A stretch of 64,000 nucleotides of DNA from Botryllus schlosseri (Eukaryota), in NCBI GenBank assembly GCA_051294905.1, contig CM119386.1, positions 8,742,001-8,806,000 of the forward strand, written 5' to 3'. The notes under the pieces were generated by a model that had not been told where the DNA came from, searched no databases, and was given only the letters and a program-made list of their open reading frames with translations. Shown one piece after another: positions 23,606-37,000 of this stretch (position 1 is the stretch's first letter; the number at the start of each line of letters is the position of its first letter). The translations under genes and the position numbers were made by a program.

Positions 23606-25074
23606 CTATAAATTGAACGGATCGAAGTCACACTTTGTGCAGGAGCACTCGGTGGCTTTTGGTACGTCCACTTCCACAGTGGTGCCGTTGACACAGTCCA
23701 AAGACACTTTTTCCATTACGACAGACTTCGGTTTACAGCACGTACATTGATTCTGAACAGCAGATAATAGAAATTTACAAACTAACCAAACCTCGTTCTT
23801 ATCTTTGTGCAATATTTGGTTGGCAGATTGCCCAAAAGGCAGTCCTAGTCTTTTTCAGTTCGCGAGAGATATGAACAAACGAATGAAAACAAATCAATGA
23901 GAAAAGAAACCATGTATATTTTAAAACACATGCAATTTACTATCAATGCGAAAGTTGAGCCTCCATATCATGGAATTAGGGCTGGGCACAATGATTTGAG
24001 TAATAATTTATGATTTGAGTCGAGTAGTAAAAGACGATTTCTTTCGAGTACTGAAATTATACGCTCCTTGCAACTGAAAGTTAAGTTATCAGTGAGAATG
24101 ATAGTTTCGATACTGTTTTCAACTGTTGAAACCTTGAAACCCTGATTGGCCGTGTCACAGCTTACGAAACATAGTACAAAGCTAGGAACATTACTGGAAA
24201 TCATCCCAAAACATTGTCACAAAGTGCAAAGAAATATGTATGATAAAAAATGCCAGAGTATCTTCATGTAATGCATAACAGGCACGGTATTCTTTGTGGT
24301 GGCATAAAAGGATCATATATTCTGTCATGAAATCATAATGAGGGATCTCCACTCTAAGCATAATATGTGATTTTGAATCGAATCACTCAGGAACTCTATT
24401 TTGCCCAGCCCTGCATGTGATGGATACTATCAGATGAAGTCTAGGCTTTATTTACTTGATTTTCCTTCTCGGAAAATATCCAGGAATACATACAATTGAA
24501 GTACACTTATTTTCGACCAACCGCCACATGTTAGATCATAGTATTCCAAAAGTATACCTATAAAATCGCTATCAAATCAATTAGAAGACTGGTAGCATTC
24601 CATATCAACCAAACAGAGCTCTCTATCTATGACATATTGAATAGAAAACTGTAACATTATGAAGTGTTTTGTGACCAACTTGAAATAGCTTCGCTGGTTT
24701 AGAAGAACTGATTTAGAAGATGGTACTACGCCAGGCAGGGGAATATGATTCCAAGCAAGCATTTATTGCAGGGAATGTTATTCGTGTAAGTATGACATCA
24801 GTCGAACAAGCTGAATTCATCACATCCGAATATTTGCAATGGGTCAAATTTTAAAGGAGTGTAACTCATTCTTCTTGATTCATGTAGAAATGGGGTACCT
24901 CAATATCATGCCGATTGCTTACCTCGAAATACGGAGCGGCAAAGAGAACTCCATAGTGCGAAGGACAGCTGCCACTGCAGGTTGTGAGCGGCACTTCATT
25001 TTCAGACACGCACTCGGGATGATGCACTTTGGTCATTTCGGTGCTAGGTAGACATCCGCCAACAGGTGAAGGTT
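23606..25074 (-). CDS. C-terminal cystine knot (CTCK) domain, last two exons of the giant gene
   Basis: CLPSTEM...[19 protein letters not shown]...NQCTCCKP...LDCVNGT...ATECSCTKC: all 11 vWF/mucin CTCK cysteines, including CxGxC and CxCC. Confidence 0.92.
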
Positions 25075-28000
25075 CTGTACACGGAAGAGATGATGATTAG
25101 AGCGGACCGGTGACGATATACCCATTATTTTTGCCGATAACCAAATATTTTCCGCCGACATCAAAATATCACACATTCCATGTAGAACTTGAAATTATTG
25201 ACAGTCATTTGAAAGATTACATCCCATATCAACTGCAGCGGAACATGATCAATACAGTCAACAAATTTTCAGAGTCCCAGAAACAGCAATATCTGCTGAG
25301 CAGCTTGTTCCACAACTAAAGTAATCTGCAGTTGTGTACGTTTATTGTAACTCTGGAAGGTATACAACGTGGTATCAGCAGAGCGAGCCGTAGTAGCTAA
25401 TTCGATACCGTTTGAAGTCAAGAGTCACAATCTTACAATGAAAACGATATGTCACACTCGAATGGGACCCGTGATTACGCCAGATCGTAATTTTCCATCG
25501 CCAGCTACTTCCGACAAGCCATCTACAATCTACTCACCACAACGGCAGCATTCGTCTTCAGTACCGTTGACGAACACCTCGTTTTCGGCGCAGGACTCGA
25601 TGCTGCATTTCTTCTTGCAAGACTTGCTCCCTTCCAGACATTTGCAGACAGTGCAGTCGCCCTCTTCCCAGATGTTGTGAGGCTGACAGAACGGCAAGAC
25701 CAAAGTGTGAACGTGCCCGCGAGACCGGTTGCGATTTCACAATTTTCTACTCACCCAGTCTGTGTCGTAGTTGATGCCGTTGATCTGGCACTCTTCAGAT
25801 GGCGGTCTTGCGGTGGTGGTTCCCGTCACGACTGCAAAGGTGTGCATCAAAATTGAAAACGGTGTAAAAATGTCGTGTTAGGTAGGCTAATCTTTACACT
25901 TGAATTAAATTGGCGTATTTCTTGCAACATTCAAGTCTGTTTCCTCTAGACGTGGTCAAAGCAGCAATCGTTGCTACTCAAGTGGAAATAATGCCATGAG
26001 TTTTTACTATATGGCATGTCAATACTACAAGTAGAAGTAGAAAATGAAGATATGAAAATTGCTTTACTTGAAGTAGTCAAAAAACATAAACACTTGAGTA
26101 AGTAGGAAAAACCTATTCGAGTACTAGGAAAAAGTAGAAGTACTTTGTTACTCCTCAGTCATTGTCGTTCAATTGCATGAATTTCTCTTCATCACCAAAG
26201 AACAGCATGAAATAAACTTCTATATAAGCATTGTGCACATCGCATTCAAAGCAGAGCATAGATTCAAAGCAAATTATTCAACAGCCCCCATCCCAGTTAC
26301 TACAATATTGGCAAGACCTTCACCTGTCGATCCTACGGAGCTTGTCGATGCGGTAGTGGTGGATGCTGTAATGGAATGCTTAGATGTTATCGAAACCAGA
26401 AATCTCATTCAAACATCTAGAAATACCTGATGTTGTACCCTTGGTAGTAGGTTCCTGTATGATAAAAACGCAGTCACAGCAGGTACCTGCAAAATTTCGA
26501 AATGAAGCGATTAAAATCGACAATGCTCACAAACATCAAATCCACAATGAATATTTCACTAGCATTGCACTCAACTGAAGTAGGATTTGAGAGTGTAAGA
26601 AAACAGTTTGTGCATTGCACATGCTTAGTGTAAAATGAAAATTTCAACAAATTCATTGTTCTTCCATTAATAAAACTTTTCTTTCCAACAAGTAGAAGCA
26701 CACCTCTCGTGTAGCCTTCCAAGATGTAGCACATCTCTACTATTCGTTAGCAAGGTACAATAATTTACCGGTAGCATTTCGGAACACTTTTCCTTCGGCG
26801 ATACAATCACTTTCCCTCAGTCGGCAGACATTCGATTTGCACCTCTCAACGCCCTCGACACATTCGCATTCCATGCAGTCACCCTTCCAGTAGATATCTC
26901 CATTCTGAAAACAATAAAAAATCCTTAAAATACATGTGAAAAAATATTTTGTCCGCATAGGATGGTATGGAAGCCATAAAAAATTTTGCAAAGCGTAAAT
27001 GATTCAAATTCGAACATACTCTTGTGGTGCAGAACTTCAATACACAATTGAATAACATATTAATATTGAAACAATCAGCAAATAGCAGAGAAAACATTGC
27101 ATATCAACCATCGTACCACTAATAATTCAAAAACTCGACAGACAGAGTCTACGAACCTGCTTTCCATTTTCACAGTTACATTCCGGTTGATATGTAACGC
27201 ATTTGCTTGTCTTGTTGTCTCTGACGTAACCTTCTTCGCAAGTGCACACATTACATGCTTCGTTAACTTCGGAACATCTTCCAGGCAATTCCCCTGGAAC
27301 AACAATTTTTACCATAAAACCACCACTCAAATCAGAAAATATTGAAATATCTGTTACCTTCCGAAAGCACGGCCTGATCATCGCACTTGACATAACACTT
27401 GCAATCCCATGAGCAGGTCGGCGGTGTTCCTGGTGTGGTGGGTTCCATTTCGGTGGTAGTCTCGACAGGCAACTTGCTTGTGGTCGACAAGGTGGACGCG
27501 GTCTTTTCTGGTGTTGTGCTGGATGCTGTTTTTGACGTCGTAGACTCTGAAGCTGTAACGTAGAGTTTGTTGTTATCTGGACATGGCAAAAAGTATGTCT
27601 GACAGCAATTTTGTACTTTTAAGTATTCGATTATCAATTTTATTTTCTATCTGATTCATACGAGCAAACCATAGACCAGTGTTTCTAATCCGCGGTTGAC
27701 ACACGAATCATACAGCAAAAGTCACATCAGTTTGTTTTGTTTAAAAATCATTCTTGTTCTCTTAACGCTGTTGTTGATGCACAGTTTATCTTGCACACCA
27801 GTATTGTCTGGTAATATTTTCCAGGTAAGTGAGGTCAAGTACAACTGTCGGAGACATTAGGGATAGGTATCGCTTGCAGAGGTGGTCAGTGACCAAATAT
27901 TTATAGTTTACAGAGTACCCAATTGGATTTCGCCTCCCTGGCTGCTTACTCGTGTGTTTACGTATGTAGGTTACTGTCACCAGTATTGGAACAGTCTTTT

Positions 28001-31000
28001 GGCAAAGCATCTAGCTTTTTTACCTTTACACACCACAGGTGGTCAGTAATGAAGTGTTTTCAAGTGGTCATGTGATAGACTACTTTCATTTCAAGTGTTC
28101 CTTTCAGTTTTTGAAACTAGGTTGAGAAAACTTACTTTTTCACTTAATCGGAAATCGCTCAATGATACTTCTACTTGAGTACCAACGATAACTGAATCGA
28201 CCACCTCGGTGCAATGGATCAGAATCATGAGATCGCTTGGAACACAGCTTACGATTGGGACGTGACAACGACAACACGCTGCATACCTTTGCTGGTGGTA
28301 GACTTGATTGTTGTAGTCGTCGATACCGTAGTGCCCGGGCAACAATAGCAGCAGGATCCAGCAGGTGTGATCAATTTTTCGCCCTTGGTCTAAAAAGGAT
28401 TCTATATAACTCTGGAAATAATTGCGGACTTGAAAAATTTCCCATTTTTCAAATGGAATAATTTAACCGTCGATATTTCATACTTTGCAGAGGGAATTTG
28501 CATGATGAAAATAGTAAAGGGGTGATTAAAAATTTCATCTAGCTACTAAGTGACGTCGCGTCACAATTATCGCTGGGCAAATGATGCGAGTGGATTATTA
28601 TTGAAAAGATTTTAGTCGTGTGGTAATGGTCGATTTTTTAAGTACCGAAATCATACAATCTCCATTTGACAAAGAACTATTGCAACTGTGGTAATTAACG
28701 TTTCGACACACTGTCTTCCCATCATTGAAGCATTGAAATTCGATATGCTTTATCGTAGCTTCCAAAACATGCAACAATACGCCACGCATGTTAGCGGAGA
28801 CACATCTTTGAGTAGTGATGGACCTATAGGATTATCGCTTGCATGCAAAAGTTTTGGTTAGTGAATAAGAAAAATAATCACTTTTCTGAAGTCTAACTGG
28901 CATTATTGTCATTGCGATTGTATCGAAGGTATGTATTTGAACTTTGTAATTCGTTCTTACTATGTCTGATGTCATTGTGGAACAAAAATACTCGACTCGA
29001 GGCTTCTACTTGCCCTCAATTGTGCCAGCCATAGTTGCGATTATGAAAAATATAATTCTGGCATAACCCCAAGTTTACAAGGATATCGTGAATTAATCAG
29101 TTACTTCTATTTTGAGTGCATTTCATTCAAACCGAGGAGATTCGCCACAGCGTTGTTGAATAATGCAGTGCTTACCTCATCGCAAGTCTTGGTGCATACG
29201 GAGGTGCAATCATATTTGCCGTCGGTACACCTGCATGTCTGGCAGGAGCTGCTATCATTCCTAATACTGCCCTCCTGATAACAGAGAAAGATTTACCCGG
29301 TCTCATTCAACTTGTACGACCTTATTCAACGAACCTCACACACAGCAGGAGTGGTTGCACTTGGCGTGGTGGCTGTCGTAGAAACCGTGGATGCTGTGGT
29401 GGTGGTTGTGGTTGGCGGGGGGCATTCGACTTCTATAGCGCAACGGCCGTTGATACGTACTGCCTCGCTGTAGACAGATTACAATATTTAATACTACGTT
29501 GTTGTTGTATACAGGAAAACGGAATGTACATTGTACAAGGTTGATGTAGTATCTTGCAGACTCGAGGCAAACAATGATGTTGTTATCGGACTGGATGTTG
29601 TTGACCAGAAAATAACCTGGTTTCGGGGCTATTGAGACTAGAGTACAGAATTTTCAGCCAGATATCGAAATCGGCTATATAATATATTTTTGTAGATAGA
29701 GCCAATATCAAAATGCGGCAGATTTCAACAAGAGATTCCAAGTTACGGCAGCTGGCAGTAATTTGAAACGTGTTTACCATAAACATCATTTCATACTCCA
29801 GCTGGGTAAGAAACTAGTACTCTTAGTTGCTGTAGATAGTTGCAACGCTGAATACTAGATGGTGCTGTTCCGAATAATGAATGCACATTGTCCTAGGAAA
29901 ATGTAGTAATATTGTGATAAAAACTTGGATTGGATGTTATTGTGCGGTTAGTAAACTGGTTTTGGGGTAATTAGCCAGTATCAGAATTTCTAACCTGATA
30001 CCGATATTACCCATACAGCATATTATAGGCGATAATGCCAATGTCAAGAAGCAACATATTTGAAAATGAGATTATAATACTTCATTTATTCACAATACAG
30101 TAACAACTGAGCAAGAAACTAGTACTTGAGAAATCTCAACTTTTTGGCATTGGGGATTCATAAGCCCGTCAGAAGTCAATACAGCAGTACTGCAGACCCT
30201 ATCACCTGGAAAATACGTAAGTCTGGCCCTAATTGGGTCTAATATAGTTTCCATGCAGACAAAAAGCCTTCGGACCATGCATAATATTAAATATCTACTT
30301 ATCTCCATGGGCGCGCTCTAAAACACACAGCTCACAATGCAATGAATATCGCACCTGTTCTCACAGTCACATTTCGAAGAACATTCTGGATCCCTCGGAC
30401 AATCTGACTGATCTCCATCGCATGGAACACTGCAAGCGCAATGTGCCGAACAAGTGGGTGTCGGCGTGGTGGTTTCTGGTGCCGGAGGTGTCGATGCTAC
30501 GAATATCAAATTGAGCATTGATTTTTCTTGTTGAAATTAGTGATAATTTAAGAAAGACTATCTCTCATCCCGAAAATATATATTTAACGTACACGCAGCT
30601 GCACTATGCAGTGGTGGTCAAAGTAGCTGGCGTTATTACTAAATTTTGTCTAAAAACAGTTGAAGTACTATAACCACGAGTAATTAATGCAAGTAGGCAC
30701 TACTTCATTAATTAAGCAAAACAGTAATAGTTAGTTAATGACCACCTCTGGTACTATAGACAAAAAAACAGTTCAACTAGCAGCGATTCTACCTCATAAA
30801 ATGACTGGACAACGTTCAGATTGTTACAGTTCTGTGGTCGGGGAATTTGCAGCAGCACGGTTATGCGGCAGTAATATCAATAAAGCAAACTCCCGATTCA
30901 GTCAAGATTTTTGCTTCTGCCGTCTTGTTAAATAATAGTTTACTTCAAGCGATTGGCTTAACCTTTTCCGTACGATAATAATTTCAATAGTAAATAGAAT

Positions 31001-34000
31001 AATTACCAGTTGTGGTGGTTTTCTCTGTTTCCTCTGTCGTTGACGAGACAGTGGTGGTTGTTTTCTCTGCTGTTGTTGGCGACGCTGAAGCGGGCACTGG
31101 GACACACCTTCAAAATGCGAGCAAAAATGATTTGATGTAAATAATTAACTATACTCGACATTGAATCGTAGGAAGTTGACAACTACGAGCAGATTGCTTC
31201 CATCTTTAATAATTTAATTTCCAACGGTTGACGTTCACAATAATAGGACCAGGCACTACAATTCAGGTAATCATATCCAAGTCGATCTATCTTAGATTTA
31301 TTCCAGTTTCCAGTTATTCCATCAATGAGAAAGATAGTCTTTTACCACCGTGGCCTGCTCATGCTTTGAAACCTTGGTGTGGCGTCAAGCTGTGAATAGT
31401 CACGGTAAACACAAAGTTATTGTCTAAATTAATTTTCCTTGGAGCCAGGCAAACTGGTGCATTAGCACTGGCGTACGATTATGACCCTCTATCCATTAAT
31501 ATAAACCATAGCGAATTGTGCTGATTCGTAAATCCAGTGCTAAAACATATCTCCATTTAGAACAGACACCGATTCATAATCAACGTACTGGCAGCATATA
31601 TCGTCTCCCGTTAAGAGCACTTTGCCTTGCGCCAAGCAATCTTCCTCTGTAAGTGTACAGAATGGTGCACACTGTTCCCTGTAGATTCCAGCAACGTAGG
31701 TACAGTTGCAAACTTCACAATCTCCTCTTATGTATGTGTCGCCATCCTGTGTCATAATTTTGGAAAGCGTAAGACTTTGAAATGTTGCTGTACATTAAAA
31801 AGGTCGATACTCTAATGCACTTCAGGCGGGGCCAAAGCGGGTCCCCACGAAGTCACTGCTATAATTCCCTATGTGGACTAGAGAATCACCAATATATGGC
31901 AGTGTAAGACCATCCCCAACCACAAGTGGCAGAAATATATGCCAGATAGAGTAAGTCAATATCGTGATATCTGCTCTCAAATGGAAGTTTCAAACCAAAC
32001 TGTCGAGTCATGGACAAATACTTGAGACCCAGTTAAATCGATCACAAAAATAAATCGTAAAAATGATGCGATTCTATTCATTTTTGAAAAAATGACTCTA
32101 GTCTAATCGCTTTTTTTAAAGACTTGAGTCTATTCGGTTTTGAAAAAGGACTAGAGCATGGGCATGGGAACAGGGGCCAGTGGACCCCTTGGAGGTAAGA
32201 AGCATCAAAACAAGGTGTGCGAGATACATTAGTCGTGTGTCTATGAATAGCGTAATGGAAAGGAAAGGACGTAGTTTATTTTTGTCTTTGATGTTTTTTT
32301 TGCGGCATATACACCAACTCATGATAAACATACAGACGATCTGTGCATATGCATACCATTGAGTGCATGATGTGCATAGGCCGCTGGACAAGCAAGTGCA
32401 GATATAGCCTTTACGGCTTTCTAAGTCATGCACCACCCCTCCATGCTATCCCAGTAATGCATGAGCGCCAAGCAGGGATGTCATGGATACCAGTGTTACT
32501 AATCAGGTCTTTGGTCTGACCCGGCCGGGGATCGAACCCACGACCTACCGATCAAGAAGCCGGACGCTTCACCATCACGCTATCTTGTCGGTAATCGCAG
32601 GCTTTATTCAATACGGAAAGAATGTGTTTGTTGAGAATCGTGGGCCTAAAGGGTAGTGATAAAATGATCGATATCAAAAGTTGTGTTAAAACCCCTATGG
32701 ATGGACAATGGACAGGGAGTTTGAGAAATTTATTGAAAGCTCAAGCGGTACGAGTGATATAGAGGTTAAGAAACATTGGACTAGAGTCATTTGCTTAAGA
32801 AAAATGAATCGAGTATCTTCGTTTTCGAAATAGTGACTTGAGAAAGGTAAGTAACAAAAGTAAATATCAGTCTCTAAGATTTTACCTTCTTCTCCTCGCC
32901 ATCAACCATGCACGGTTCCGGACAGTTCTCCGGCATCCGAATGCACTTTCCAGAATCCCACATATGATCTCTGATTGTCAAAGCCGGACAGGCACAGTCT
33001 GCGCAACTGCCATCCCAATCTATTTCGAACGGCGGCATCTGGCCTTCGGCATACTCTCTCTGCGTTGCATGCAGAAAAGAGCTATTTTACAACCAGATCG
33101 TGATATAAAAACCAGGTATTTTCAAACTCAAGCACAAAGTAGTTTCTGCCGGCATTGTTGAGTGTGGAGTGAAATGGGAGGCAGTCATATTGCGACACAA
33201 TTTCAATAATATATATTTGTCTATAGTAAATCCCAGAGGTGGTCTGTAACGAAGTATTCAACAGATTTTGCTGACTTGCACAGCGTTCTCAAGTGGGTAC
33301 ATTTTCAGACTAGTTCCACTTCTACTGAACTGCTTGCTGTTAATGCTTCGCATTTTAGAAAGGAGAAAGTAGTTTTGGGATAGGTTTGTATCACTTTCTG
33401 TCATAATCACTAGGAGAAAGAAAAACTATATCATGGAAACTGAACAAGTCATCTTAATCGCTACTTCTACATATACTTGAGTAGCAACACTGGCTACAGT
33501 GAACACCTCTGTTTAGTTGTGCGTAATTTCCAACAATTGGGATCAGTGGGGGATACATCTCGAATACTTGATTTAAGAGATAAATTATGATAGCCAATAT
33601 GCTACTATATTTCTAAAACTAGAATAGCAGCAGTGTTAATAGAGTCATGTGTACTTGTGGAAGAGTGACAAAAATAAGTTTGACAATCATTACCAAAAAT
33701 ACAGCGAAACACTTACGCTTTGCTCACAAGTCACGTCGACTTCGCAATGATAACCGCACACCAAATGAGTCGATGTGGTTGTAGAGATAGTGGTAGTGCT
33801 GACAGGGGTAGTAGCCGTTTCCTTACAATGGCAGCATATATTGTCGGAATCCACAAGTACCGTACCAGTCTAAAACAGATAACATCCTAAATTTACCAAA
33901 ACAGAACTTTTCCAGCACAAAAAGAATCTCCTCACTCGGCAATCCGAAGGCGATAAATTACAGAAGGGCTCGCACTCTGTATAATATTCTCCTGTTTCGG

Positions 34001-37000
34001 CGTTGACCAGGCACGTGCACTGTTCGCATGTGCCTCTCGCGAAATGAGTACCGGCCGCGTGTTTTTTGCCTTCCAGCTCACAACCGCCGCACGTGGGGAA
34101 TTTCAGACACAGTCCCGTATTCCACATGTCATCTGAAATTGCAAATCGAATGGGTAAAATCTTTGAGAATATATTCGGTCACTGCGATATTGGGCTATTT
34201 CGCGCCGTCCTTACGACACCTGACATTTCCCAAAAGTAAATTCAAATTTTCAAAATCCAAATTGTAAAAAGAGCCGAAACTGTCCAAGTAGTCAAACGGC
34301 TCGAGTAAAGTGCTCCTATGCAAAGACTGTTGGAGTACTCCTAAAAATTACTTTGTTACTGGCCAGTGGCCACCTCTGTATGTGAGTATGCAACACAATA
34401 GCATCTGACACTTGATGCTTCGGGTTGAGGTTAAGGTGATGTAAGGGTTACTTTAAGGTTTCGGACAAGAGAAATGAGTGAGTAAATGAGTAAAACTTAA
34501 CGAAAGAAGATATTTCACAAAGAAATAGAAAATAGACAAGCTTTTTATTGATCGCCACGTAATTTTATATCCAGATCCAGATAAAAGGCAGGGGTAGGTA
34601 TAAGTGCATATTAAGAATACCAATTTTTGGACATATTTGGACAATTTCAAATTAATTACAATGCTACAAAACTACAGCAGCCACTCCTTCAAATTGTGAA
34701 GAACAAAAGGAATCAGGCAATCGTTTACTGTAATAAACAGTGTTTTCTGTCACAGAATGCTAAGGTTTATTTACCCTGCGTAGTCCCAGTGGGACAGTCA
34801 CATTCGCTGCATAAGAACGAGTCATAATCTTCAAAGTACGGAGGATTAAGAGGACTGAAATCTTCGAGATCCTCGCATGTTAATGTCTGTATGCAGGATT
34901 CCGGGCAGCCTGTGAAAAGATAACACGGTTGTAAATACAGATGCTATAGATAAATGAATCTACCAAATCAACAACACTTCATGTGAAGACACTGTTGCAG
35001 GTACAGAACTTCGGTAAACAATTGGATAATATAATGATATTGAAATAGAGCCGGGGGGGGGGTACTCCTCAGCAACTGGTAAAAAATTCAAAAGGACTTA
35101 TTGTATCAACAGTGTTATCATTATCACCAACTGAACACCGTAGGTATGTATCTATACCGCAGTAATAATAGCACTTTCCAACCCAGGGATATGAAATCTA
35201 GACTGAATGCAAACACTGTAAACAACCCTACTGAGTCAATCATTCTGCAAAGTGTCAATAACCGCTGTCAACGCCTATCAACAATCAACATAAACCAATT
35301 GAAACGGTATCAGTCCCGTAAGCTCACCTGATGGTGTTGTTGGTACAGTCGTAACAGCAGTAGTTGGTCCTTCGGTTGATTGGGTTGTAGTGGATGGCGC
35401 CAATGTGGTTGTTGTCGCCGGTGTGGTGGTGCACATTGATTGAGGAACAGGCAAAATACATCTCCAGTTAGCCCGATCGTAAACATTATTGTTCGAATTG
35501 GTGCAGTCACAGCTGAAAATTATTTTTGTACTCTGTTAGCAGTGCAAAATAAGTAGATTGACAGAGAGAGAGAAAGAAAGAGATTTATTGATTTGTAAAA
35601 TCCCAACAAGGTAGGAAAATAACAACAAAAGAAACTTAATTGTAGAGAACAGGGTTTGATCGATATTATTCTGGGTAGGCACAACTGGTCTGATCACACC
35701 CTGCAGTAGAAAATTAAAAATGTGATATAGAAATTTGGTTAGTGGTTGGTTGGTTGGGGCAAATAATGCAATTTACCTTGGCATAATACATAAATCAAAT
35801 TTAGGATGGGATCGGGGGAGGTGAAGGTATAGTTAGGCATAATTCATTTTCAAAGTGTGGTACTGAAGGTCCTGTATCAACCTGTTCCAAATAACAGGGC
35901 TAGTATAGTTGGTCGACTTCTTTGTATTATGAGAGTTTCGATTTTTAGCAAGAAAAAAGAAATGATCAAATACAGGAGGTAAGTCGTTGGAAAAATACTG
36001 ATGCATGAATTTAGCTGCTTCAAATACAGATACCAATCATCAAATTTCAAGATTCTCTCTCTCTATGTTTTCAGTATAACGGCAATAGTCTGGCAAATGC
36101 AAGGCTCAGTTTTGTAGGATTCGAATCTTAGACCAATACGAGGTACAAGAATTCCCAGACAAAGTTATGCTTCACAATGGGTTGGTCAACATTGGGGACA
36201 GGAAGTTGTTCACACATCGGTTCACTGTAAATTTGACATGATTCAAGTGATTCTGCCTTGTAATGAGAACCGATAATCAATACTGTAATGCATTCTTACT
36301 CTATACTGCATTCCGACGACCGTACGCAATGATCAGTTGATCCATCGCAAGCCGACAAGCAGTTGCAAGTCGAAGGGCACAGCTGTCTCTCCTTCGGGGT
36401 GGTAGTGGGTGCAGATGTGGTTGTCGGCGCAGAGGTGGTCGTGGGTGCCGTGGTGGGGGGTGCTGTAAAATAATATCCTTGTAATTTTTGCGAGCAATTG
36501 AATCGCTACACATCTTCACAGGTGTGACAGAGTCGGTCGCATAATAGATTTGAACTTATGATCTGGACTCGGGAGATACAGCAAATGAAACGGACACACT
36601 CTGTGGGGGACTTTGAAATCTGCAAACGTGACTTGGCACTCGCAGCAGCCTGATCGCTTTAACACCCATGGGAAATACTCATATAAAGTTAATCAGAGTC
36701 AGTAACGATGAACTTGTAATTTTTCGGAATGCTCAAGTAGATTTTGTCTACTCGCAACACTTTCTCGAGCGGTTATGTTATTAGACAACTTCTTCTTAGA
36801 CAACTTCTACTTTTACTAAGCAGTTCGTTAGGCAACACTACTAATTTGAGATTTCTGAAAGAACGCTTAATAATGCATTTTGAAATGCTGAAATTGATTT
36901 CAGTTTAGAAATTTTGTAGTTGTTGTTCAAAATAAGCTATTCTCCTGTGCCCAACATCACTATTCCTCACTACGTCTTAAGGCTTCGGCGATGGTAATAG

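Noticed and set aside
31540-31588. Apparent vWC ending CCQYVDYES with a missing cysteine
   Set aside because: The true donor is CA|GTACGT at 31589; splicing gives CCQ|CVPV, which restores the domain
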